Shown here piece after piece: positions 42,496-52,516 of a DNA stretch of 64,000 bases. The notes below the pieces were generated by a model that saw only the letters and a program-made list of their open reading frames with translations, did no database searches and had not been told where the DNA came from. The stretch's first letter is position 1; each line of letters starts with the position of its first letter. The stretch lies in assembly GCA_963725215.1 (NCBI GenBank), contig CAVRXQ010000006.1, forward strand, positions 2,469 to 66,468, read 5' to 3'. The stretch is from an uncultured Acidimicrobiaceae bacterium. Lineage in GTDB: Bacteria; Actinomycetota; Acidimicrobiia; Acidimicrobiales; Bog-793. The translations under genes were made by a program, and so were the position numbers.

Positions 42496-42755
42496 GACAC
42501 CGTCTTCGAGTGGTTTTCGAGCTGTTCAGTTTGGTATCCGATCCGCTGCAGCTCGTCGAGCGCCAGCTGCACTTGATCCGCCGGTGAAGACGCGAGCGCG
42601 TATCCGGCGTGGGCGATCACCCACGTTCCCGCAAGAGGAGCCGGTTCTTCGAACGCGAGTAGCGAAAGTCGGTGTTCGCGACCATCGACGTCTTGTGCGA
42701 CGACGACGTCCTCACCAGCCGATCTCAGCACGCGGAAAAAACGGCTTGTGCACAT
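42492..42755 (-). CDS. hypC: HypC/HupF-like hydrogenase chaperone (divergent)
   Basis: Starts MC (Cys2), ...GTWVIAHAGYAL; TGATG coupling with the protease gene. Confidence 0.72.
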   Translation of the reverse strand: MCTSRFFRVLRSAGEDVVVAQDVDGREHRLSLLAFEEPAPLAGTWVIAHAGYALASSPADQVQLALDELQRIGYQTEQLENHSKTVS

Positions 42756-43210
42756 CAGTGATCCCCTTCCCATTGCGAGATGACGTCCTCGATCGCCGCG
42801 GCGGCGCGGGTGACGGCTCCAGCGACGGCACCACTCAGGTGATCACCATCGGAGAAGTCTTCCCCTTCGATCCCGACGACGACGACACGCCGTGGCGCGT
42901 CACCGAGGGCGGACGCGATGCGACAGACCCGACGCAATCCAAAGGCGTGCGTCGACGCGCTCGACCCGTCGTCGATCTCGTCGAGTTCGACAAAGAGAAC
43001 GGTTCCGGGTGCTGACTTCGACCTGGTCGCGTCAACGAGCACCGCGAGCGAGGCGCCTTCCCACCGACCGAGGAGGTCGAGCGGCTCGGAGATCGGTCCG
43101 ATGTCGCGCGCGCACTTCGATTGCGCGACGAGCGACGCCACGGCAACCCCGACGCCGTCGTCCCCACGGTAACGGTTGCCGATCCCCGCGACGACGACGT
43201 TTCCGATCAT
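42755..43210 (-). CDS. Hydrogenase maturation protease
   Basis: VAGIGNRYRGDDGVG, VLVDA, STHAFGL, VVGIEG; start ATG 43210. Confidence 0.92.
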   Translation of the reverse strand: MIGNVVVAGIGNRYRGDDGVGVAVASLVAQSKCARDIGPISEPLDLLGRWEGASLAVLVDATRSKSAPGTVLFVELDEIDDGSSASTHAFGLRRVCRIASALGDAPRRVVVVGIEGEDFSDGDHLSGAVAGAVTRAAAAIEDVISQWEGDH

Positions 43211-44511
43211 TTGTGCTCCACCGAGAGATCGAGGAAGTGCGCGGCACAAGAGATGCAAGGGTCGTGATTGCGGACCGCTTGTTCGCAAAGGTCGCGAAGG
43301 TCGTCGTCGCCCCATTCAAGTCGCGAGGCGATCACGCCGCGCAGGTCATCTTCGATCGCGTCTTGGTTCTGCGACGTCGGCGGCATGATCCTTGCGTCGC
43401 TGATCAAACCGTCTTCGGTGATCGCGTAGCGCTGGAGGAGCAGTCCGCGTGGCGCCTCCGTCGCGCCGGCGCCGGTGGCCGCGCGTGGGGCGAGCCGAAC
43501 CGACGGGGGATCGAAGCGCGAATAGGACTCGACGAGGCGGAGTGCTTCCTCGCACGCCGCGACGATCTCGACAGAGCGCACGACGATGCTCTTGAACGGG
43601 TTGCGGCACACCTCTCCCAACTGTGAGCGATGCGCCGCCTCGGCAGCGAGTGGCGGGAGCTTCGCCGAGCTCAGCGCGTAGCGAGCGAGGGGACCGGTGA
43701 GGTACGTGTCTTTCCCGCGTAGTTTTGCGTGTAGCGCACTCGAACGTTGCACGTGCTCTTCGGTGACGAGATCGAGGAATCCGCCGGCCGAGACCTTTAG
43801 CCCATCAGTGGTGTGGATCGTTCCCGATTCGATCGCGTATCGGGCCTCGTCGACGAGCGCCGCGAAGAGGTAGTCGTGCGAGGCGTCGGGGAATTCGAAG
43901 CCGGACACCCACTCGACCGTCTCGAGGGCGTCATCCAACGCTTGACGAAGGACGGGCGCAAGCGAGGCCATCTCCTCGGTGTCCGGCGCACGGTAGAAGC
44001 CGCCGACCCGGACGTTCACGGGGTGGATCGCGCGGCCGCCGACTCTTTCCATGATTGCGTTGCCGGCCTTTTTCAACCGTAGGCCGCGCTCAACCGCCGA
44101 TCGGTCGGCGGCAGCCAGTTCGACCGCGTCTTCGAAGCCGAAGAAGTCCGGCGCGTGCAAGAGGTAGACGTGCAGGGCGTGGCTCTGGATCCACTCCCCG
44201 CAATACAGCAACCGGCGCAGTTCTGAGATCTCGGGAGTCACCTTTACGCCACACGCGTCTTCGATCGCGTTGCACGCCGACATTTGGTATGCGACCGGGC
44301 AGATGCCACAGATCCGCGCCGTGATGTCGGGAGGTTCCTCAAATCCTCGTCCGCGAAGGAACGCTTCGAAAAAACGCGGCGGTTCGAAGATCTCGAGTTC
44401 GACCGACTCGAGCTCGCCGCCCGCGATTCGCACGTGGAGCGACCCTTCCCCCTCCACGCGGGCGAGCCCGTGGACGTCGATCGCGCGGTTCGCGAGCGTG
44501 TTATCCGACAT
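43207..44511 (-). CDS. [NiFe]-hydrogenase large subunit, group 3b
   Basis: [22 protein letters not shown] (L1), [14 protein letters not shown] (L2) plus C-terminal extension. Confidence 0.95.
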   Translation of the reverse strand: MSDNTLANRAIDVHGLARVEGEGSLHVRIAGGELESVELEIFEPPRFFEAFLRGRGFEEPPDITARICGICPVAYQMSACNAIEDACGVKVTPEISELRRLLYCGEWIQSHALHVYLLHAPDFFGFEDAVELAAADRSAVERGLRLKKAGNAIMERVGGRAIHPVNVRVGGFYRAPDTEEMASLAPVLRQALDDALETVEWVSGFEFPDASHDYLFAALVDEARYAIESGTIHTTDGLKVSAGGFLDLVTEEHVQRSSALHAKLRGKDTYLTGPLARYALSSAKLPPLAAEAAHRSQLGEVCRNPFKSIVVRSVEIVAACEEALRLVESYSRFDPPSVRLAPRAATGAGATEAPRGLLLQRYAITEDGLISDARIMPPTSQNQDAIEDDLRGVIASRLEWGDDDLRDLCEQAVRNHDPCISCAAHFLDLSVEHK

Positions 44512-45271
44512 TCCGGCTCGCTTCCTGTTCAAAGGCCGCCGAGGCGGCGTTGAAGGTGCGGTACATCCGCGCGACGTGATCGCGCCTCACCCCGAGCTCG
44601 ATGAACCGCCTCGAGAGCGAGGTGGTGTTCGGGCTCTCGGAGGGGCCGAAGCAGCCGTAACAACCGCGGTCGACCGACGGGCAGAGCGCGCCGCAGCCGG
44701 CGCGGGTGACCGGACCGAGGCACGGCGTGCCGCTGACGACGAGGACGCAGACATTGCCCTTCGCCTTGCATTGTTCACAGACGCTGTAGGACGGGATCCG
44801 CGGTCGCCTCGCGGCGAGATACGCGGAGATCACCTCGAGGAGCTGGTGTTTGTTGATCGGACAGCCGTGGAGTTCGAATTCGACCGGAACGAGGGCCGAG
44901 ATCGGCTCCGATCGAGCGAGCGTCGAGATGTATTCGGGATGCGCGTAGATCGCCGAAACGAAATCGCCGACGTCGGCGTAGTTGCGCAGGGCCTGGATGC
45001 CTCCGGCCGTCGCGCACGCGCCGATCGTGATGAGACTCTTCGACTGGGCGCGAATGGCGATAATGCGCTCGGCGTCCTCCGGAGTCGTGATCGAACCTTC
45101 GACGAGTGAGACGTCGTAGGGCCCTGCGATCTGCGCCCGTGACATCTCGGTGAACTTTGCGATCACGAGGTGTTCGGTGACCGCAAGGAGCTCGTCCTCG
45201 CAGTCGAGCAGGCTGAGCTGACAGCCGTCGCAGGATGCGAACTTGAACACCGCCAGACGGGGACCACTCAT
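44501..45271 (-). CDS. [NiFe]-hydrogenase small (delta) subunit
   Basis: [24 protein letters not shown]...CVLV...[15 protein letters not shown]...GCYGCFGP. Confidence 0.93.
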   Translation of the reverse strand: MSGPRLAVFKFASCDGCQLSLLDCEDELLAVTEHLVIAKFTEMSRAQIAGPYDVSLVEGSITTPEDAERIIAIRAQSKSLITIGACATAGGIQALRNYADVGDFVSAIYAHPEYISTLARSEPISALVPVEFELHGCPINKHQLLEVISAYLAARRPRIPSYSVCEQCKAKGNVCVLVVSGTPCLGPVTRAGCGALCPSVDRGCYGCFGPSESPNTTSLSRRFIELGVRRDHVARMYRTFNAASAAFEQEASRNVG

Positions 45272-46104
45272 CGCTCGGCCACCTTCATCTCGTACTCCGC
45301 GATCGGTGAGTAGGGGACGACCGGACCGTCGCGGCAGATGAGGAACGGCCCGAGTTGACAATGCCCGCAGAATCCGACCCCGCAGTTCATGTTGCGTTCC
45401 AAGGAGACGAAGATTCGTTCCGGGCTGACGCCGCGATCGATCAATGTGCGCGCGCTGAAGCGCATCATGATCTCCGGTCCGCAAACGAATGCCATCGCAG
45501 AGCGAGCGTCGAAGGACGCGTCGGAGATCAGTTGCGTCACGACGCCGACCGGTCCGAGCCAATCCGCGTCTGCCACGTCGACCGTGACTCTGACTCTTGC
45601 TCCCCGGGTGCGCCAGTCGTCCAGGTCGTTGGAGTAAATGATCTGATCCGGTGTGCGGGCGCCGACGAGCACGAGGACATCTCCCGTACGACCATGCTCG
45701 AGCGTCTCGACGAGCCGGATGATCGCGCCGCGAAGCGGCGCGATCCCGATTCCGCCCGCGACGACGACGACATCGTGATCGCCGATGTCGTCGATCGGCC
45801 AATCGGTTCCGTAGGGTCCACGGACACCGACGACGTCTCCGGGTGCGGTGTTCGCGAGGGAGTGGCTCACCGCACCGACGTCGCGGATCGTGTGTTCTAG
45901 GACGGGCGAACGCTTCGGATCCGAGCTCACAGAGATCGCCGCCTCACCAACGCCGAACGCGCTCAACATGTTGAACTGGCCGGGCCTCGGTGCGGTGATC
46001 GGATGGTCAAGGGGATCGAGGGTGATCGTCGCGATGTCCTCCGAGTCGAGGCGGTGGTCGACGACGCGATATCGCACCGGGACGAGAGGGTTGTCGAAGC
46101 TCAT
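45268..46104 (-). CDS. FAD/NAD(P)-binding gamma subunit (HydG/AsrB-like)
   Basis: [53 protein letters not shown]...CRDGPV. Confidence 0.92.
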   Translation of the reverse strand: MSFDNPLVPVRYRVVDHRLDSEDIATITLDPLDHPITAPRPGQFNMLSAFGVGEAAISVSSDPKRSPVLEHTIRDVGAVSHSLANTAPGDVVGVRGPYGTDWPIDDIGDHDVVVVAGGIGIAPLRGAIIRLVETLEHGRTGDVLVLVGARTPDQIIYSNDLDDWRTRGARVRVTVDVADADWLGPVGVVTQLISDASFDARSAMAFVCGPEIMMRFSARTLIDRGVSPERIFVSLERNMNCGVGFCGHCQLGPFLICRDGPVVPYSPIAEYEMKVAER

Positions 46105-46111
46105 CGCGTCT

Positions 46112-46579
46112 TCAGCCGACGAGGTCTCGGCCGTAGACGTCAAGGAGTCGGGTCCTCGTCGCTTGGAGGCGCTCGAGGAGGACCTGTGCGATGCGCTGGA
46201 GGATCGCGTAGCCGAACGCTGGCTCCTCGTCTGCCTTCTTGCGCAAACAGAGTCCGTCGATCGCGACCGCGCCGACGGGTTCGGTCGCGACGGCGTCGAA
46301 ATGCCATCGGTACGGAGGGACGAGCCACGAGAGCCCGAGGATCTTGCCGGGACCGATCGTCTCGATGACGATCGGTTTTCCCGATGGACGACGAACCTGG
46401 ATCGCGACTTGACCCCGCCGGATGAGAAAAAAGGTGTCTGCTTCCTCGCCTTCGAGTAACAGCCGCTCCCCTTCGTCGAATGCGACATTCGTCGCGCATC
46501 CCGCCGCAAGGTCGATCGCCGAAGCCCCAAGCCCCGAGAACAACGGGGTCTCAGCGATGAGCTCGTTCATCGATTCCAC
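46112..46579 (-). CDS. Stand-alone cyclic-nucleotide-binding domain protein (no HTH)
   Basis: [38 protein letters not shown]; 155 aa; GGAGG RBS. Confidence 0.85.
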   Translation of the reverse strand: MESMNELIAETPLFSGLGASAIDLAAGCATNVAFDEGERLLLEGEEADTFFLIRRGQVAIQVRRPSGKPIVIETIGPGKILGLSWLVPPYRWHFDAVATEPVGAVAIDGLCLRKKADEEPAFGYAILQRIAQVLLERLQATRTRLLDVYGRDLVG

Positions 46580-46598
46580 TGTTCGTCCTCCGTCTCCT

Positions 46599-47720
46599 TC
46601 ACGTCGTCGCCGCGGGCCTAGACGTGTCTGTGCCCGCGATCGCGGCGACTTCTTCTGTCAGATCGATCCCGACAGGGCACCACGTGATGCAGCGGCCGCA
46701 GCCGACGCATCCGGATGATCCGAACTGATCGACCCAGGTCGAGAGCTTGTGGGTCAACCACTGCCGGTACCGCGAGCGCGTGGAAGCGTGCACGGAACCG
46801 CCGTGGAGGTAAGAGTGCTCGAGGGAAAAGCACGAGTCCCAACGCCGCGAGACCTCGATATCGCCCTCGAGGTTCGTTTTGTGCTCGAAGGCCGAGCAAA
46901 AACACGTCGGGCAGACGAGCGTGCAGTTGCCGCAGGCGAGACACCGCGTCGCGACGTCGTCCCACCGAGCATGTTCGAGGTTCTCGGCGAGAAGCGACGG
47001 AGCCCGACGCGCGTCGAGCGTGCGTGAGATCGTGGCGCGAGAGTTCTCGAGGATCTCGTCCCTCGTCGTGAGATCTTCTGCGGCTGCGTCGCGATGGGGG
47101 ACCGCGTCAAGAAGTGAGCGGCCGAGGTCGGATCCCACTCGGACCAAAAAACGGTGCGACGGCTCGAGCAATTCGGTGAGGGCGAGGTCGTAGCCGTCCT
47201 TTGCGTCGGGACCTGTCGACATCGAAGGACAAAAACACGTCGACGCCGGTTGTCCGCATTCGACGGCGATCACCGCCAGGTGCTCGCGTCGACGATCGTG
47301 CTCGGGGTCGTGGAATCTGCCGCCCGAGAGGACCGTCGACAGAACCCCGAGCGCCGCGACCTCGCACGGACGCACCCCGACGAACGCCTCGCGCACCTCG
47401 CCACCTTGCGGCGCGGAGAGTTCGAGGTCGCCTTCGTTCGTCCGGCGCCCCCGCCACACCACCGATTCTGAGGGGAACACCGACGCTTTGAGCGAGGTTG
47501 GACCGACCGCCCACCCGAACAATTCGCGGTCGCCGTCGTTGCGGATCCGATAGGAGCCAGGAGCCTGCTCGTCGTGCCAGCCGGCGGGGAGGTCGTCGCA
47601 CGACCGCACGTCGCGATGGACGATCGCGCCGTCGCGAACCGTCGGACCGAGCACGCGATAGCCCCGCGAGCGGAGTTCTCCAATCAGGGTATCGAAGTGA
47701 TCGCGATCGATCACCGCCAT
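46599..47720 (-). CDS. 4Fe-4S beta subunit (HydB/AsrA-like)
   Basis: [54 protein letters not shown]; start ATG 47720. Confidence 0.92.
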   Translation of the reverse strand: MAVIDRDHFDTLIGELRSRGYRVLGPTVRDGAIVHRDVRSCDDLPAGWHDEQAPGSYRIRNDGDRELFGWAVGPTSLKASVFPSESVVWRGRRTNEGDLELSAPQGGEVREAFVGVRPCEVAALGVLSTVLSGGRFHDPEHDRRREHLAVIAVECGQPASTCFCPSMSTGPDAKDGYDLALTELLEPSHRFLVRVGSDLGRSLLDAVPHRDAAAEDLTTRDEILENSRATISRTLDARRAPSLLAENLEHARWDDVATRCLACGNCTLVCPTCFCSAFEHKTNLEGDIEVSRRWDSCFSLEHSYLHGGSVHASTRSRYRQWLTHKLSTWVDQFGSSGCVGCGRCITWCPVGIDLTEEVAAIAGTDTSRPAATT

Positions 47721-47768
47721 TGGCCGGCTCACGTGGGTCACCGTAAGGACTGGGGAGCGTGCCGACAA

Positions 47769-47834
47769 GGGTCCGACGTCCCAGCAGACACGGTCAGCCC
47801 ACTTCGCTGGGACGGTCGGTAGGACCATCGGCCC
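47769..47834. promoter_or_regulatory. Cluster of DosR/DevR-like boxes (GGGAC-N4-G(T/G)CCC) in the divergent hydrogenase/POR promoter
   Basis: GGGTCCGACGTCCC 47769-82; GACACGGTCAGCCC 47787-800 (weak); GGGACGGTCGGTAG 47809-22; AGGACCATCGGCCC 47821-34. Confidence 0.62.
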
Positions 47835-47918
47835 TGGTCGAAGCGGCGACGCGACGCAACCATGGGTTCGATCGAGTCGGCGCGCGCGACACCGCGCACA
47901 AGACGCCGAAGGGGGAAC

Positions 47919-48524
47919 ATGTTCCAAGTTCGATTCCACGGGCGAGGCGGTCAGGGTGTGGTCACCGCCGCCGAGCTCCTTGCGGTCGCGGCGTTCGACG
48001 ACGGCCGGTATTCACAAGCGTTTCCGACCTTCGGTTCCGAACGCACCGGCGCGCCGATCGTCTCGTTCTGTCGCATCGACGACAAGGAGATCAGGACCCG
48101 CTCGCCGATCAGCGAGCCCGACGCGCTGATCATCCAGGACCCGACGCTGCTCGGACTGCCCGGGCTGTTCACGGGGTTGCGACCGGAGGGCTACCTCGTG
48201 CTCAACACCTCGAAACCGATCGCCGAACTCGGACTTGGCACGCTCGCGTTGAGCTTGCCGCCTGGGCACCTGCTCGCGATCGGTGCGACAGAGCTCGCGC
48301 TGGAGCACCTCGGTCGTCCGCTGCCCAACGCGGTGCTGCTCGGCGGTCTCGCCGCAATCACCGGCGTGGTCTCGCTTGGCGCCGTGGTCGCGGCAATCGA
48401 AGAGCGATTTACGGGTGCCGCGGGATCGGGAAATGTCGCCGCGGCACAAGCGGCCTACGAGATCGGTCGCGCCGCGTTCGGTGCGCAAGAGAACAACAGG
48501 GGGGTGGCTCTTCGTGCTTCGTGA
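47919..48524 (+). CDS. porC: 2-oxoacid:acceptor oxidoreductase gamma subunit
   Basis: MFQVRFHGRGGQGVVT, QAFPTFGSERTGAP, PDALIIQDPTL, PNAVLLG. Confidence 0.92.
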   Translation: MFQVRFHGRGGQGVVTAAELLAVAAFDDGRYSQAFPTFGSERTGAPIVSFCRIDDKEIRTRSPISEPDALIIQDPTLLGLPGLFTGLRPEGYLVLNTSKPIAELGLGTLALSLPPGHLLAIGATELALEHLGRPLPNAVLLGGLAAITGVVSLGAVVAAIEERFTGAAGSGNVAAAQAAYEIGRAAFGAQENNRGVALRAS

Positions 48525-49767
48525 GATCGAAGGATCACGGGCGATCGCTGAAACCGTCGCGCTCTGTCGTCCGCAGGTCGTCTGCGCATACCCAATCTCG
48601 CCCCAGACCCACATCATCGAAGGGGTCGGCGTACTCGTGAAACAGGGCCGGCTCGCTCCGTGCGAATTCATCAATGTCGAATCCGAGTTCGCCGCGATGT
48701 CCGTTTCGATCGGCGCGTCCGCGACAGGGGCTCGCGCCTACACCGCGACGGCGAGCCAGGGCCTGCTCTTCATGACCGAGGCCGTCTACAACGCGTCGGG
48801 GCTCGGCTTGCCGATCGTGATGACCGTCGCCAACCGAGCGATCGGAGCCCCCATCAATATCTGGAACGATCACGGCGACGCGATGGCGCTACGCGACTCG
48901 GGATGGATTCAGCTCTTCGCGGAAGACAACCAGCACGCGGTCGACCTCCACGTCCAGGCGTTCCGCGTCGCGGAGGAGCTGTCGGTCCCGGTGATGGTGT
49001 GCATGGACGGATTCATCCTCACCCACGCCGTCGAGCGCGTCGACGTTCCCGATCAGGACCAAGTCGATCGCTTCCTTCCCTCGTTCACGCCGCACGAAGA
49101 GCTCGACTGGGCGCGTCCTGCGTCGATCGGCTCGATGGTCGGTCCTGAAGCATTCACGGAGGTGCGCTTCCTCGCGCACGCTCGTCAGCTCGAAGCTCTG
49201 GAGCGCATTCCGGAGCTCGCGAAAGAGTACGGAGCGATCGTCGGTCGTAGACGAGGCGGCCTGTTCGACGTGTACCGCTGCGACGATGCCGAGACGATCG
49301 TCGTCGCGCTGGGATCAGTCGTGGGGACGATCAAAGACGTCGTCGACGCGATGCGCGCCGACGGGTTGTCGATCGGCGTCTTGTCGCTCACCACTTTTCG
49401 CCCCTTCCCCGGGGACGCGCTGGCGACCGCACTGTCCGCCGCGTCGCGTGTCGTCGTCGTCGAGAAGTCATTCGCGATCGGCTCGAAGGGAATCCTCGGC
49501 GCAGAGGTCGGCGCCCTGCTCCACGACGACCGCACCGCCGTCCACACCATCGTCGCAGGCCTCGGCGGTCGGGCGATCGGCGAGTTCTCCCTGCGGTGCG
49601 CGTTCGAAGAGGCGATTCGGGGCGAGCTCGCAGAGATGAGCTTTCTCGACCTCGACCGAGCGGTCGTCGATAGGGAGCTCGAGCGGATGTCGCTCGATCC
49701 TCGCCTTCCACCGAGCGCGCATCGCGTGCTAGCAGACGTGCGCCGCCAGGCGAGTCAAGCGGTCTAG
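48514..49767 (+). CDS. porA: 2-oxoacid:acceptor oxidoreductase alpha subunit
   Basis: AYPISPQT, ESEFAAMS, TATASQGL, NRAIGAPINIWNDH, MDGFILTH, FRPFP, GLGGR. Confidence 0.93.
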   Translation: MLREIEGSRAIAETVALCRPQVVCAYPISPQTHIIEGVGVLVKQGRLAPCEFINVESEFAAMSVSIGASATGARAYTATASQGLLFMTEAVYNASGLGLPIVMTVANRAIGAPINIWNDHGDAMALRDSGWIQLFAEDNQHAVDLHVQAFRVAEELSVPVMVCMDGFILTHAVERVDVPDQDQVDRFLPSFTPHEELDWARPASIGSMVGPEAFTEVRFLAHARQLEALERIPELAKEYGAIVGRRRGGLFDVYRCDDAETIVVALGSVVGTIKDVVDAMRADGLSIGVLSLTTFRPFPGDALATALSAASRVVVVEKSFAIGSKGILGAEVGALLHDDRTAVHTIVAGLGGRAIGEFSLRCAFEEAIRGELAEMSFLDLDRAVVDRELERMSLDPRLPPSAHRVLADVRRQASQAV

Positions 49768-49775
49768 GAGGAGCG

Positions 49776-50789
49776 ATGAGCGAGGCCGGGGTGAAGTTCT
49801 ACCAAGTGGGCAGCTTCGCGGTCGGAAACCGGTTGGTTGAGCCGCACCTTCGAACGGTGCAGTCCGAGCGCCGTCGCCCGAACGCGCTGACCTCGGGACA
49901 CCGCGCCTGTCAGGGATGCGGTGAGGCCCTTGGCGCGCGATACGTGTTGGATGCAGCCCTCGACGCGGCGGACGGCAAGCTGCTTGTCGTCAACGCGACG
50001 GGCTGCCTCGAGGTCTTCACGACCCCATACCCGGAAACCTCGTGGCAGGTCGCATGGCTGCACTCGTTATTCGGAAACGCAGCGGCCGTCGCAACAGGCG
50101 TCGCCGCGGCATTGAAGGCGCGGGGAGACGACGAGACGCGCGTCGTCGCCCAAGCGGGCGACGGGGGAGCGGTCGACATCGGCTTCGGCTGCCTTTCAGG
50201 GATGTTCGAGCGCAACGACGACGTGCTGTTCGTTTGTTACGACAACGAGGCGTACATGAACACCGGCGTCCAGCGCTCGGGCGCGACTCCGCCCGCCGCT
50301 CGCACAGCGACGACGGAGGCCGTCGGAGCCGAACCTGGCAACGCCTTCGGACAAGGAAAGGATCTCCCGCGGCTCGCCGTCGCGCACGGGATTCCGTACG
50401 TCGCGACCGCGACCGTCGCGGACTTGCACGATCTCGAAGCCAAGGTGCACCGCGCGATGGCGATTCGCGGTGCGCGCTATCTGCACGTGCTCGTGCCCTG
50501 CCCGCTCGGATGGGGATCGGCGTCGTCAGACACGATCAAGATCGCGCGGCTCGCGCACGAGACCGGACTGTTCCCGGTCTACGAGGCGGCCTACGGCGAG
50601 GTCCTCGAGACGACGCCGATCCGGAAAAAGGCACCGGTTGAGGACTACCTGCGCTTGCAACGGCGCTTCCGGCATCTCTTCGAGCCTGAAAAGCGACCCG
50701 ACGCGATCGCGAGGCTCCAAGAGATCGCCGATCGCAACGTCGAGCAGTTCGATCTCGTGCGTGCTGGATCCGCGGAGGTGAGTCGATGA
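49776..50789 (+). CDS. porB: 2-oxoacid:acceptor oxidoreductase beta (TPP-binding) subunit
   Basis: GHRACQGCG, TGCLEV, GDGG, YDNEAYMNTGVQRS, PCPLGW. Confidence 0.93.
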   Translation: MSEAGVKFYQVGSFAVGNRLVEPHLRTVQSERRRPNALTSGHRACQGCGEALGARYVLDAALDAADGKLLVVNATGCLEVFTTPYPETSWQVAWLHSLFGNAAAVATGVAAALKARGDDETRVVAQAGDGGAVDIGFGCLSGMFERNDDVLFVCYDNEAYMNTGVQRSGATPPAARTATTEAVGAEPGNAFGQGKDLPRLAVAHGIPYVATATVADLHDLEAKVHRAMAIRGARYLHVLVPCPLGWGSASSDTIKIARLAHETGLFPVYEAAYGEVLETTPIRKKAPVEDYLRLQRRFRHLFEPEKRPDAIARLQEIADRNVEQFDLVRAGSAEVSR

Positions 50790-52414
50790 GCGAGCACGAA
50801 TTCGCGATCACTTTGGACGTCGGCTCGAGCAGGGCGAACAAGACGGGATCCTGGCGCGTCGAGCGGCCGATCTACGTCGATCGGATGCCACCCTGCAACG
50901 ATGCCTGCCCGGCGGGGGAGAACGTCCAGGGTTGGCTGTATCTCGCCGAGGAGGCGAAGTACGAGTCGGCGTGGCGCGCCCTAGTCGAGCAGAACCCCCT
51001 CCCCGCCGTATCGGGTCGGATCTGCTTCCACCCGTGCGAGAGCGCGTGCAATCGCGGGCAGCTCGACGAAGCAGTCGGCATCCACGCGGTCGAGCGCTTC
51101 CTCGGTGACGCCGCAATCGATGGCGGATGGTCATTCGACCCACCGTCTCGGAAATCAGAAAAGCGCGTGCTTGTCGTTGGGTCGGGACCGTCCGGACTGT
51201 CGGCCGCGTATCACCTCGCGCGTCTCGGACACGAAGTCGAAATCTTCGAGTCGTCGCCCGCGCCGGGCGGGATGTTGCGATACGCCATTCCCCGCTACCG
51301 GTTGCCGCGTGAAGTTCTCGACGCTGAGATCGCTCGTATCGAAGCGCTCGGGGTCTCGATCACGTGCAATCGCCGTGTAGACGACGTGGAAGACGAGATG
51401 GCTAGAGCGGGTTTCGACGCGGCGTTCCTTGGCTTTGGCGCACAGCTGTCGCACAAGACGGCGATCCCCGCCGCGGACACTTCACACATCATCGACGCGC
51501 TCGACCTGTTGCGAAGTGCAGAGGACTCAGAGCCAATCGAGATCGGGCGGCGCGTCGTCGTCTACGGTGGCGGCGACACGGCGATGGACGCGGCGCGCAC
51601 CGCGAAGCGGCTCGGAGCGACGGACGCGGTGATCGTCTACCGGCGCAACCGCGACAAGATGCCTGCCCACTTGGTGGAATTCGAAGAGGCGCTGTCTGAA
51701 GGGGTGACGGTGCGCTGGCTCTCGACGATCACCGAATTCGCGCCAGGAAAGGTCGTCGTCGAAAAGATGGAGCTCGACGAGAGCGGATTTCCGCAACCGA
51801 CGGGCGAGCTGAGCGAGCTCGGCGCCGATTCGGTGGTGCTCGCATTGGGCCAGGACACGGATTTGTCGGGCGTCTCGCATCTCGACGGAGTCGAGATCAC
51901 AGGCGGCACGGTGAAAGTCGACACCGAGATGATGACCGGGCGTCCAGGCGTCTTCGCCGGCGGGGACATGGTCCCTTCCGAGCGGACCGCCACGGTCGCC
52001 ATCGGCCACGGCAAGAAGGCCGCCCGTGCGATCGATCGGTGGCTGAATGGCGCCGAGACCGTCGAGCGCCTGCGACCCGAGCTCGCGAGCTTTGAGCGGC
52101 TGAACACCTGGTACTACGCCGACGCGCCGAAAAGTGTCCAGCCTGAACTGGAGCTCGCCCGCCGACAAACCGGCTTCGAGGAGGTCGTCTTCGGTCTCGA
52201 CGAGTCGAACGCGCTCTTCGAGGCGCGCCGGTGCATGTCGTGCGGCAACTGCTTCGAGTGCGACAACTGTTACGGCGTTTGCCCTGACAACGCCGTGTCT
52301 AAGCTCGGCCCGGGCAATCGGTACGAGATCAATTACGACTATTGCAAGGGATGCGGGATCTGCGTCGCGGAGTGCCCGTGCGGCGCGATCGAGATGGTGC
52401 CCGAACTGATCTGA
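50786..52414 (+). CDS. GltD/SudA-like FAD/NAD(P) FeS flavoprotein with PorD-like ends
   Basis: N-terminal KTGSWRVERP; PCNDACP, GRICFHPCESACNR, GSGPSG, YGGGDTAMD, FAGGD; C-terminal CMSCGNCFECDNC...CP and DYCKGCGICVAECP. Confidence 0.88.
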   Translation: MSEHEFAITLDVGSSRANKTGSWRVERPIYVDRMPPCNDACPAGENVQGWLYLAEEAKYESAWRALVEQNPLPAVSGRICFHPCESACNRGQLDEAVGIHAVERFLGDAAIDGGWSFDPPSRKSEKRVLVVGSGPSGLSAAYHLARLGHEVEIFESSPAPGGMLRYAIPRYRLPREVLDAEIARIEALGVSITCNRRVDDVEDEMARAGFDAAFLGFGAQLSHKTAIPAADTSHIIDALDLLRSAEDSEPIEIGRRVVVYGGGDTAMDAARTAKRLGATDAVIVYRRNRDKMPAHLVEFEEALSEGVTVRWLSTITEFAPGKVVVEKMELDESGFPQPTGELSELGADSVVLALGQDTDLSGVSHLDGVEITGGTVKVDTEMMTGRPGVFAGGDMVPSERTATVAIGHGKKAARAIDRWLNGAETVERLRPELASFERLNTWYYADAPKSVQPELELARRQTGFEEVVFGLDESNALFEARRCMSCGNCFECDNCYGVCPDNAVSKLGPGNRYEINYDYCKGCGICVAECPCGAIEMVPELI

Positions 52415-52516
52415 CCATCCCGGGTTCGCAGAGCCCGGCGGGAAATGTGGTGTACCGACCGGGTCTCGGTGGCGCGATCGAGCGTGCCGAGAGCCTGGGA
52501 GGTGGGGAGGCAGTAG

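Noticed and set aside
47721-47760. Possible CRP or Rex site in the hydrogenase promoter
   Set aside because: No GTG-N8-CAC or TTGTGAA-N4-TTCACAA match found
52419-52438. Hairpin CCGGGTTC-GCA-GAGCCCGG between the POR block and pntA
   Set aside because: Short, with a wobble pair and no U-tract; cannot be called a terminator or regulator
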